This document shows positions 16,109-24,052 of a stretch of DNA of 24,433 bases, in pieces (position 1 is the first letter of the stretch; the number at the start of each line of letters is the position of its first letter). The notes beneath the pieces were generated by a model that saw nothing but the letters and a program-made list of their open reading frames with translations, searched no databases and had not been told where the DNA came from. The position numbers were made by a program, and so were the translations under genes. Source of the DNA: an uncultured Candidatus Peribacteria bacterium (lineage in GTDB: Bacteria > Patescibacteriota > Gracilibacteria > Peribacterales > Peribacteraceae); the NCBI GenBank assembly GCA_964558635.1, contig CAZLEW010000003.1, forward strand, positions 1 through 24,433, in the 5' to 3' direction.

Positions 16109-16190
16109 TCAAGAAGAAAGAATCTGGAATAAAGAATAAAGGTCAAAATCGAATATTTCTTCATAATTCTTAATTCTTACTTCCTGATTC
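16109..16190. repeat. Imperfect inverted repeat built of 7-bp units
   Basis: Left arm TCAAGAA GAAAGAA TCTGGAA TAAAGAA; right arm TTCATAA TTCTTAA TTCTTAC TTCCTGA. Confidence 0.5.
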
Positions 16191-16227
16191 CCGTTCTGGT
16201 AGAGTGCCTCCACTTTCCGACTTGCCT

Positions 16228-16776
16228 ATGGATTCTGTGTTCGTCCAACAGACTGTCACCACCCTCCTCGATCACCTCAAGCTGCCTCATGGCGCCGTGA
16301 GCGTGCGAAACGACGGCAATACGTTGCGCGTTGATATCGATTCGCCCGAGGCGAGCCGCATCATCGGCTGGCATGGCGAAACGCTGAATAGCATCCAACA
16401 CCTCGCAAAATCGATTATTCGCACGAAAGAGAAGCTCGCGACCTCGCCGCTCATTGTCCTCGATGTTGATAAGTACCGCAGCGAACAAGAAGAGAAGGTG
16501 AAGCGCATCGCCGAAGCGAAAGCCGATCTCGTGCGCCGCACAGGGAACCGCATCGCGCTGTCGCCCATGTCGCCGTACTTCCGCCGCGTCGTGCACGTAC
16601 ATATTGCGAACACGCCGTCACTCAGCGACCTCACGACGGAATCGATCGGAGAAGGGGACTACCGCCAGATCGTGCTGAAGCTGAAGAATGAGAAAGAGCG
16701 CGTGTCGCCAGGCGGCGAAGAGCTCACGCCTGTGATCGCCCCAGCGGATGATGGGTTGGAAAACCTCGATATTTAA
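16228..16776 (+). CDS. KH + R3H domain RNA-binding protein (Jag/KhpB-like, lacking the Jag N-domain)
   Basis: KH motif SRIIGWHGETLNSIQ...DVDKYR; R3H motif LSPMSPYFRRVVHVH...SIGEGDYRQIV. Likely start ATG 16228 (ORF track GTG 16204). Confidence 0.85.
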   Translation: MDSVFVQQTVTTLLDHLKLPHGAVSVRNDGNTLRVDIDSPEASRIIGWHGETLNSIQHLAKSIIRTKEKLATSPLIVLDVDKYRSEQEEKVKRIAEAKADLVRRTGNRIALSPMSPYFRRVVHVHIANTPSLSDLTTESIGEGDYRQIVLKLKNEKERVSPGGEELTPVIAPADDGLENLDI

Positions 16777-16836
16777 CCATTGCCATGGTGACCAGCGTCG
16801 AACTAGGAGAATGTGATCTTTGATGAACAAGGAATA

Positions 16837-17691
16837 TTAACGAGTAACAACCTCGCGGTCTCGACGCCATTCCCACCAAGTAAGACATACTTCTGATGAC
16901 CATCGACATACTTCCTGAGCATCTTCTTCATGAAGATTAGGTCTATTCTCAACAATTGCTATCAGACACCTATCAACGACGTTGAAATTCTGAGCACTCC
17001 TGCAAACGCCAATCTGATCTTGAAGTGTCAACCCGTGCGTGAGTGGTACATAACATGAAACCATCTTATCTTCCTCATCTTGAATTGAATCACACCAAGA
17101 GACATCGTTCTCAGCTTGGGCCAATGCAATAGCACATGATCGTCCTGAGCTTTCACCTGCGATATTCGCTAACTGCGTGCAGAGAGAAAATGTCGATTGT
17201 GGATCCTCGTAGTTTCGATCTCGAATCCGAGTAAGAATAGTTAAATACTGATCAACATTCTTCCTTCTGAGATTGGCTTCCTTCTGAGTTTTGTATACAA
17301 GAAACTGCCCACCCAACGCTACGACCGCGATCAATACTATCGCGGCAAATAGAACGCGTTTCTCAGAGTGAACGGATGAGTAAATCACAAGCCCTAACCA
17401 CGCAATATACAACACAAGGAAGAGAATGATGATTTCTAAACCAATCGCTTCGCTACTAAAATCTAGTACCAACCACAAGAGAATACAGAGTGGAACAGCC
17501 GTTCCCAGCAAACTCTTTACAACAAATGTCCCACGAGGGTAGAGAATGACACTCATGAGTAAGGACAAAAATAGGATGATGAAAAAAAATGCTCCAGGAA
17601 ATGGAATATTTAAAAACTGTAATCCTGGATACGTGCACAGAGCGATCAGCGCGAGCGCAAGCCTATGCAGTGATGCAGAAGATACTTTCAT
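16837..17691 (-). CDS. Hypothetical multi-pass membrane protein with a Cys-rich C-terminal domain
   Basis: About 5 hydrophobic helices, then a domain with 8 spaced Cys. The start is uncertain (17691, 17730 or 17805). The gene is AT-richer than its neighbours. Confidence 0.7.
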   Translation of the reverse strand: MKVSSASLHRLALALIALCTYPGLQFLNIPFPGAFFFIILFLSLLMSVILYPRGTFVVKSLLGTAVPLCILLWLVLDFSSEAIGLEIIILFLVLYIAWLGLVIYSSVHSEKRVLFAAIVLIAVVALGGQFLVYKTQKEANLRRKNVDQYLTILTRIRDRNYEDPQSTFSLCTQLANIAGESSGRSCAIALAQAENDVSWCDSIQDEEDKMVSCYVPLTHGLTLQDQIGVCRSAQNFNVVDRCLIAIVENRPNLHEEDAQEVCRWSSEVCLTWWEWRRDREVVTR

Positions 17692-17770
17692 GGTGCAAAT
17701 GAGATACAATGTCAACGATGACACTCTCATTGTAGGGCAAGAATACAAATGAGAAAGAGGCAGCACGACT

Positions 17771-17879
17771 GCGGAACATGCTGGAGAAATCGGTGTGACC
17801 GTCACCCTTAGCGCCGCACCCAGGAACGGGTGCTGCTAAGCATATGCTCCAGAGCAGCCCTTCGAGGCTGCGAAACATG
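17771..17879. other. Structured intergenic element flanked by near-identical 10-bp direct repeats
   Basis: Stem CTGGAG/CTCCAG encloses hairpins GGTG/CACC and CTTAGC-GCACCC/GGGTGC-GCTAAG, followed by a GCAGCC/GGCTGC hairpin. Flanks are GCGGAACATG (17771) and GCGAAACATG (17870). Confidence 0.45.
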
Positions 17880-17882
17880 TAG

Positions 17883-18962
17883 CTACCCCCTCACACCCTT
17901 CCACTCCTCCAAGATCTTCCTCTCGTGCTTACTCAATTTCGTCGGGATCTCGACCTGAATTTCAACGTAGTGGTCACCATGGCGGCTACGGCCGAGTTCA
18001 GGGAGACCCTTCCCCTTGAGTCGCAAGACTTGTCCCGGTTGCGTCCCCGCGGGGAGCGTGACCGTTACTGTACCCTGGATTGTCTCGACTTCGATCTCTG
18101 CCCCGAGCACGGCATCGACCACGGGGACCGCCACAGACGATTTCATATCGGCACCCTCGCGTGTGAAACGCCTATCGGGCCGAACACGCACCGTGACATA
18201 GAGATCACCCGCCTGCTGACCGCGTAATCCTACGTCGCCCTGACCACTGAGCCGCAGCTGCTGACCGTCATCAATACCCGCGGGAATATCAACCGAAATC
18301 GTCTCCGTTTGTTCGGTATGTCCTACCCCCTTGCATGTACTGCAGGGCGTCTCAGGAATCGAACCACTTCCTTGACATGCGCTACACATCGCCCGCTGCT
18401 GTACTTGGCCAAAAATTGACTGTGCGATGCGTGTCACCTGACCGGTGCCGCTGCACGTTTTGCATGAGATGACCTTCGTTCCTTTCGCTGCTCCCGAACC
18501 CGAGCAGATTTCGCATGCGCGAATGCGCGTCAGCCGGAATTGTACAGTCTTTTTTTCAAGGACATCACGCAGATCAACGTCAACGGCGACACTGCGGTCT
18601 TGGCCTTGTGTTCGCCGTCGACCGCCGCCGCGCTGCCCCCCTGAAAAGAAGTTTTCGAACAAATCACCCAGGTCGCCTGCATCGCCGAACCCTCCCTGGA
18701 ACCCAGAAAAATCGAATCCGCCGCCACCTGACTGACCACCAACACCACCCGTTCGGCCAAAGCGATCGAATGATTGCTTCTTCTCTGGATCACTCAACGT
18801 CTCGTACGCTTCATTAATCTCCTTAAATTTCGCTTCGGCATCCTTTTTATTTGCATGCTTATCAGGGTGCCACTCTTTACTCAGGCGACGGTACGCCTTC
18901 TTTATATCGTCCGCGGATGCAGAACGTTCAAGGCCGAGAACGGAGTAGGGATCGTGTGCGAT
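17883..18962 (-). CDS. dnaJ: Molecular chaperone DnaJ, full length, apparent non-canonical start
   Basis: The frame extends upstream of the track's 18797 start without a stop, through a complete J-domain ([10 protein letters not shown]...[13 protein letters not shown]...[16 protein letters not shown]). A G/F region, four CxxCxGxG motifs and the C-terminal domain follow. The Met1 position is ATC at 18962-18960. Confidence 0.93.
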   Translation of the reverse strand: MAHDPYSVLGLERSASADDIKKAYRRLSKEWHPDKHANKKDAEAKFKEINEAYETLSDPEKKQSFDRFGRTGGVGGQSGGGGFDFSGFQGGFGDAGDLGDLFENFFSGGQRGGGRRRTQGQDRSVAVDVDLRDVLEKKTVQFRLTRIRACEICSGSGAAKGTKVISCKTCSGTGQVTRIAQSIFGQVQQRAMCSACQGSGSIPETPCSTCKGVGHTEQTETISVDIPAGIDDGQQLRLSGQGDVGLRGQQAGDLYVTVRVRPDRRFTREGADMKSSVAVPVVDAVLGAEIEVETIQGTVTVTLPAGTQPGQVLRLKGKGLPELGRSRHGDHYVEIQVEIPTKLSKHERKILEEWKGVRG

Positions 18963-19010
18963 ACGGCGCAGTGTACAGCATAAACCGTGCTGGAAACGAC
19001 CCCAAGATTA

Positions 19011-19019
19011 TGGTATACT
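19011..19019 (+). promoter_or_regulatory. Extended -10 promoter, probably leaderless
   Basis: TG-G-TATACT, followed by 6 nt and the ATG at 19026. Confidence 0.6.
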
Positions 19020-19025
19020 GATCAG

Positions 19026-20027
19026 ATGGTTTCGAATGCTCTCCATCGTGCAAAACTCACCCTTCAGGCGATCACCGTCTCCTCGGCGATTGCGCTAACG
19101 GCAGTGCTTATTCCCATGCTCATTCCCTCAAGCGAAACAGCACAAGCATTCCTCGTTCAAAAAAAAGCACCCGTGCGATGGACAGTCATCGAAGAGCAGG
19201 AAGTCATGAGCGGCGCGACTGTCCCACCGAATGTGCATACGGTCTTTCATATTCCATTCTCCGTCAAAAGCATTAACCGCGAAATCCTCCTTGGCCTGAA
19301 GGGAAAAGACGTGCGGTACTGGGGTTACTGCTACCCAGAGAATGACTCGCCAGAAACAGTGGATAAGCGCACAGGATTCAAAGGGTTACTCTTCCTCTCA
19401 GAAAAAGAACGCGACGTCCGCGCAGAGAAAGAACGGACGGCAGCACCCGTCTTCAGCCTCCAGAACATCCCCACAAAAGACGATGTCATCCGTTCAACAT
19501 CCAGAACACCAACGCCTATCCGACATCAAATCGATTTCTTCAAAGGTGGGCAAATGTGTTACCTCATGAGCGAAGCACCGCTCCCAATTAGCCTCGATGA
19601 TGATGGAGATCGCCTGAATAACCGCCTGGAGCGCGATCTAGGAACCGATGAATTGCTCGAGGATACCGATGCTGACGGCATTCTTGATAGTGTTGAATTT
19701 ACGCGTGGGACGAGCCCTACACTTCGCGACTCTGATCTCGATGGCATCATTGATGGTATTGAAGATGCAAACTGGAACGGCCGAATTGAGAGTGGTGAAA
19801 CAGATCCTCGCAAGATAGATACCGATCGCGACGGACTCTGCGACGGACAATGCCGGCAACGCCTTCGAAACGGGCAAGTGCTGTATCTTGGCGAAGATAC
19901 AAACATGAACGGCATTGTTGATACAGGCGAAACAGACCCTCGACTCCCTGATACCGACGGCAACGGCACGCATGACTTCCAGGAATATCTGACATGTCTG
20001 ACAATGGGCAAACGCGGTTGCAAATAA
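19026..20027 (+). CDS. Secreted protein with DxDxDG Ca-binding (thrombospondin type 3-like) repeats
   Basis: N-terminal hydrophobic segment; repeats DDDGDRLNN, DTDADGILD, DSDLDGIIDG, DTDRDGLCDG and DTDGNGTHD. Likely start ATG 19026. Confidence 0.75.
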   Translation: MVSNALHRAKLTLQAITVSSAIALTAVLIPMLIPSSETAQAFLVQKKAPVRWTVIEEQEVMSGATVPPNVHTVFHIPFSVKSINREILLGLKGKDVRYWGYCYPENDSPETVDKRTGFKGLLFLSEKERDVRAEKERTAAPVFSLQNIPTKDDVIRSTSRTPTPIRHQIDFFKGGQMCYLMSEAPLPISLDDDGDRLNNRLERDLGTDELLEDTDADGILDSVEFTRGTSPTLRDSDLDGIIDGIEDANWNGRIESGETDPRKIDTDRDGLCDGQCRQRLRNGQVLYLGEDTNMNGIVDTGETDPRLPDTDGNGTHDFQEYLTCLTMGKRGCK

Positions 20028-20045
20028 TATTCCCTTTCACCTTCT

Positions 20046-20498
20046 ATGCGCATTCTCTTCGCACTCCTTGCACTTGGCACACTTCTTCCGCTTCCTGTGG
20101 CTGCCTATGTCACACCAGAAGAAATGCTTGATAGTGGCGATTTTATACAAGCACCCGATACTGCACCTTCCCGTGAAGTAGACGAAACAGACGTCTCGCC
20201 AATCGTGATCGAAGAACAACACAATGCCGCACCAGACGATGATGCGATCGACTGGGTTCCCGATGGTTCAACACTCACGCCAGAAGAGCGCCGCGATGCA
20301 CGCGTCATTGATCGTGTGAATCGCACACGAATCGAACAACAGGATAATACTACTGAAATCCTTCGAGGAAGTGCACCAGCAGAACCACTGCATGGTGGGG
20401 CGCCGCTCGCACCCACAGGAATGGGAACGATCGTTCTTCTCCTCTCTAGCGCGGCTGCCATTGGCTACACGCTGCGAAAGGCACGGCAGACATCGTAA
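20046..20498 (+). CDS. Small secreted acidic protein with a C-terminal LAPTG-TM-basic tail
   Basis: Signal peptide ending PVAA; C-terminal PLAPTG, a hydrophobic helix, then RKARQ. Confidence 0.75.
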   Translation: MRILFALLALGTLLPLPVAAYVTPEEMLDSGDFIQAPDTAPSREVDETDVSPIVIEEQHNAAPDDDAIDWVPDGSTLTPEERRDARVIDRVNRTRIEQQDNTTEILRGSAPAEPLHGGAPLAPTGMGTIVLLLSSAAAIGYTLRKARQTS

Positions 20499-20551
20499 GA
20501 AAATAACACAACCGTTCCGTAGATCTCTACTCGCCGTGCTACGCTCCATGC

Positions 20552-22174
20552 GTGCAGCACCTCTCGTTCACGGGCAAACGATGGACCGCTCCAGAACATA
20601 CGTTCTCGGGTGATGCTGCTGCTATTGCGTTGTCCTTTGCACAGGCACGGTTCCTTGGCGACGATAGCGTGCGCGCCTGGACCGATTCTTCGACGTATCC
20701 GATGGCGGCAGCGGCAGCAGAGCGCCTGAAAAAAGCAGCATCAACGCACGAAACAGTGGGAATCATCGGCGACTATGATTGTGATGGCGTCACCTCTACC
20801 GCGATCCTGGTACGGCTTCTGCGACGTCTGGGCATTGAACCCATCGTGCGACTGCCACACCGCCTCAAAGAAGGATACGGCGTACAACAGGCGCACATCA
20901 CCGAGATGCATGCACATGGCGTTACACTCCTGATCACAACTGATACGGGTATCACTGCCATCAATCCTCTCGCGCATGCACGCATGCTCGGCATCGATGT
21001 GATCGTCATCGACCACCATGCGTTTGTAGATATGCCGCCAGCGTTCGCCGTGTTACATCCATCGCTCACAACACTGCGATCACCCCCCGCAGCAGCGGGC
21101 GTCGCATTCGCATTCGCACACGCGGTCGAAGGTACACCATGGGCGGATATGGATACCGACGCCGCACTCGCCGCTATTGGCACGGTAGGTGATGTTGTTC
21201 CACTCACACATGAAAACCGCATAATGGTCCAAGAAGGCCTGGCTGCATTAGCGCGACTGGACGCATCAAGCGGCCTTGGGATGCTTCGAAACCGAAGCGG
21301 CATCGGCCCTGTTCCTACGAGTGGTGACATTGCATTTCGCCTCTCGCCACGCCTCAATGCCGCGGGGCGCCTGGACGATGCAACGCTCAGCCTGCAGGCA
21401 CTCCTCGGCGACGCTGCATGTATCGATCAACTCGACGCACTGAATAGTGAACGCCAACGCCTCACACAAGAATGTATGGAAGAAGCGTTCGGCATGCTCG
21501 ATATCCACAATCTCCCCGCGTGTATTTGCATTGCATCGGAACGCTTCCCGAAGGGCATTATCGGGTTGATCGCAGGTAAACTCACAGAGCGATTTGGCCG
21601 ACCATCGGCAGTCATTACCATCAAAGATGGCTACTGCACGGCCTCGCTGCGGGGTATCCCCGGTCACGATATCGCGGGGGCGCTCCGCGCGCATGCACAG
21701 TTGTTCACGACGTTCGGTGGCCATGCGCAGGCGGGTGGTTGCTCGTTTCCACTGACACACATCGATGCAATCCAACGTGCACTGCACGATGATGTTCTTT
21801 CATACATTCGTGAAGATGCTCTGCAGCCAACGATTACCATCGATCTTGCATTACCGATCGAACGCGTCACCATACAACTCGTTGAAGCACTCGCAGAGCT
21901 TGAACCATTCGGCGCGGGCAATCGCGAACCGATCTTCCTTATTCCATCGGTCGCACTCACCACGATCCGCCGTGTCGGAAGCGATCAACAACATCTACAA
22001 GCGCGCGTCGGTGATATGGGTATTATTGGGTTTGGCCTTGGGGAGTATGCCGCTGCACTCACGGGTACAGTCGACCTTGCTTGCCGCATAACAGTCAACG
22101 AATGGAATGGACGACGAAATGTACAACTCTCGGTTGTGGATGTACGAACGACGACGGCGAGGAACGAGGAATAA
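20552..22174 (+). CDS. recJ: ssDNA-specific exonuclease RecJ
   Basis: DHH family motifs GDYDCDG, TTDTG, DHH, GTVGDVVPL, PRLNAAGR, GLIAGKL..RF.RP and GGH.QAGG, plus a C-terminal OB region. GTG start lies 6 nt after TG-C-TACGCT. Confidence 0.96.
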   Translation: MQHLSFTGKRWTAPEHTFSGDAAAIALSFAQARFLGDDSVRAWTDSSTYPMAAAAAERLKKAASTHETVGIIGDYDCDGVTSTAILVRLLRRLGIEPIVRLPHRLKEGYGVQQAHITEMHAHGVTLLITTDTGITAINPLAHARMLGIDVIVIDHHAFVDMPPAFAVLHPSLTTLRSPPAAAGVAFAFAHAVEGTPWADMDTDAALAAIGTVGDVVPLTHENRIMVQEGLAALARLDASSGLGMLRNRSGIGPVPTSGDIAFRLSPRLNAAGRLDDATLSLQALLGDAACIDQLDALNSERQRLTQECMEEAFGMLDIHNLPACICIASERFPKGIIGLIAGKLTERFGRPSAVITIKDGYCTASLRGIPGHDIAGALRAHAQLFTTFGGHAQAGGCSFPLTHIDAIQRALHDDVLSYIREDALQPTITIDLALPIERVTIQLVEALAELEPFGAGNREPIFLIPSVALTTIRRVGSDQQHLQARVGDMGIIGFGLGEYAAALTGTVDLACRITVNEWNGRRNVQLSVVDVRTTTARNEE

Positions 22175-22199
22175 AGAGAGCAGAGAGCAGAGAGCAGAA
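22175..22199. repeat. Heptamer tandem repeat (AGAGAGC)x3 plus a partial copy
   Basis: Seen directly between the convergent recJ and XRE genes. Confidence 0.7.
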
Positions 22200-22209
22200 T
22201 TTCCGTCTA

Positions 22210-22431
22210 TTAAACGGGTGCCAGCTTTCCATCCATCTCGAACACTGCCATCACAGGCACGTTGAGTGCGGATGCGATTTTATACGCAAGGAGAATCGAT
22301 GGGTTGGATTGACCGCGTTCGATCGACATGATTGTCTGACGCGAAACACCCGTTCGCAGCGCTAATTCTTCTTGTGTCATACCGTGCTCGAAGCGCAAAC
22401 GGCGAATGTGATTTTTTAATGTGACAGACAT
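22210..22431 (-). CDS. XRE/Cro-CI family HTH transcriptional regulator
   Basis: LKNHIRRLR...MTQEELA...GVSRQTI.SIERG..NPS..LAYKIA..LNV....VF. Confidence 0.92.
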   Translation of the reverse strand: MSVTLKNHIRRLRFEHGMTQEELALRTGVSRQTIMSIERGQSNPSILLAYKIASALNVPVMAVFEMDGKLAPV

Positions 22432-22493
22432 AGGGGGCCACTATCTTACGGAGTGAGCGATTCCATGCAAGCGTATTTGACCACAGTCGCGAA

Positions 22494-23885
22494 TCATCCG
22501 CGACGTCGCGTACGGAACCACTCGATCAGGGCAATAATTCCGAAGCCACTCAGCGCAAGAGCACCAATCGTCACAACAGCAGAGATGACAAGGCGAAGAT
22601 TTTCTTGCAAGACAAATCCTGCAATCAATGCAGATGAGCCCCAGAGGGATGCTCCAAGGAATGCCGCAGAGAGAAAACGAAGCCTTGGCATACGCAAGAC
22701 CCCCGCAGTAAACGCAATAGTGGGGCGTAGAATCGAAAAGAATTGCCCACCCACAACGGCCCACATGCCTGCGCGCTGAATAAATTTCTCTGCTCGAATC
22801 CGATTTGCACTTGAAAGGCGCAATGCCCGCTCTAATGCTGGCCCTGTAAAATGCCCCGCTGTATACAACACCACGTTCCCCAAAAACGACGCTGACACCG
22901 CTGCAACGATAAAGAACAGGAGCGAAAGAGTATCTGGCGCGAGTGACCCCGCAATGATGAGGGCTGATACGCCCGGTGATACGATGCTAAACGGAGGGAT
23001 CACTTCGACGAACGCAAAGAGAAACACTGCAGCCGCTCCAAAGCCGCGTACTGCCTCACGTGCGTGGGGCTCTGCAAGGAAATGCCGAAGCCCTGAATCT
23101 TCCATCAAGAGCACAAGCGCAAGCGGAATCAGATACCATGCAAACCATGCAAAACTATGCGTTCGCACAAACCGACGCAAAAATAGAATCGCAACGAGGC
23201 TTACAATAAGCGACGCTGTAAACCCTGACACAGCAACAGAAAACGGAGGAAACAGCACCTGACCATCCGATACATCGAGAATCGTTTTTACCACCGCTCC
23301 AGCAATAATCGGCATGGCCATGAGAAATGAAAAATTAAGCGCAGACTCTCGCCCAAGGCCAAGCGCACGCCCCGTCGAGACTGTTAAACCCGAACGTGAT
23401 ACACCAGGGAGAATTGCCGCAGCTTGTGCTAAGCCAATGAGGATCGCCTCAAAGACTGTCGGCGTGCTTTCGCGCAATTTCTGCTTCTTGCCTACCCACT
23501 CGCCAAGGATGAGACACCCCGCCGTGATGAGGAACCCAATGGCTGCTGCCGTCAATGAACGCATCTCTGCAATAACACCCTGGAAGAATAAACCAGCGAA
23601 CACACCTGGCACGGTCGCAATGAAAATAAGCGCGGCCAACCGCCATGAGGCTGCATCCCTGGAACAGAGCCCCCGCACGAGTGATATCCATACATCACGA
23701 AACCCAACAGCAATCGCGAGGAGGCTTCCACAGTGCAATAGAATATCGAACCCAAGGGCATCACGACCAACAACCTCAATACCGAGAAGTCGCTCTACAA
23801 CCACTAAATGTCCGTCACTGGAAATTGGGAGAAACTCCGTGATGCCCTGCGTAATACCAAGGAAAACCGCATGAAGAATATTCAT
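22494..23885 (-). CDS. uppP: Undecaprenyl-diphosphatase UppP/BacA fused to a C-terminal DedA domain
   Basis: N-terminal ~260 aa: GITQGITEFLPISSDGH, LHCGSL, AQAAAILPGVSRSG.T and FSFLMA.P. C-terminal DedA pattern: FAFVE...PG...LIIAG.L, G....Y..G, F..R.G...V..GQF...LR......AG and F......GA.LW. Confidence 0.88.
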   Translation of the reverse strand: MNILHAVFLGITQGITEFLPISSDGHLVVVERLLGIEVVGRDALGFDILLHCGSLLAIAVGFRDVWISLVRGLCSRDAASWRLAALIFIATVPGVFAGLFFQGVIAEMRSLTAAAIGFLITAGCLILGEWVGKKQKLRESTPTVFEAILIGLAQAAAILPGVSRSGLTVSTGRALGLGRESALNFSFLMAMPIIAGAVVKTILDVSDGQVLFPPFSVAVSGFTASLIVSLVAILFLRRFVRTHSFAWFAWYLIPLALVLLMEDSGLRHFLAEPHAREAVRGFGAAAVFLFAFVEVIPPFSIVSPGVSALIIAGSLAPDTLSLLFFIVAAVSASFLGNVVLYTAGHFTGPALERALRLSSANRIRAEKFIQRAGMWAVVGGQFFSILRPTIAFTAGVLRMPRLRFLSAAFLGASLWGSSALIAGFVLQENLRLVISAVVTIGALALSGFGIIALIEWFRTRRRG

Positions 23886-24052
23886 AAACAGAGGGAGAGG
23901 CAGAGGATATACACCTGCGTCATACGACTGAATTGTGATCGAAGTTACGAATGGACGCCACTCATTGCACCCTACTACCTACTAACTACTCCATTTGCGC
24001 CACTCGTCATTTTTGCCGTCTCAAAGCCCCAGGATGTACGATTGAACTAAGA

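Noticed and set aside
17883-18797. dnaJ as an N-terminally truncated pseudogene
   Set aside because: The J-domain with HPD is intact and in frame upstream; only the start codon is atypical.
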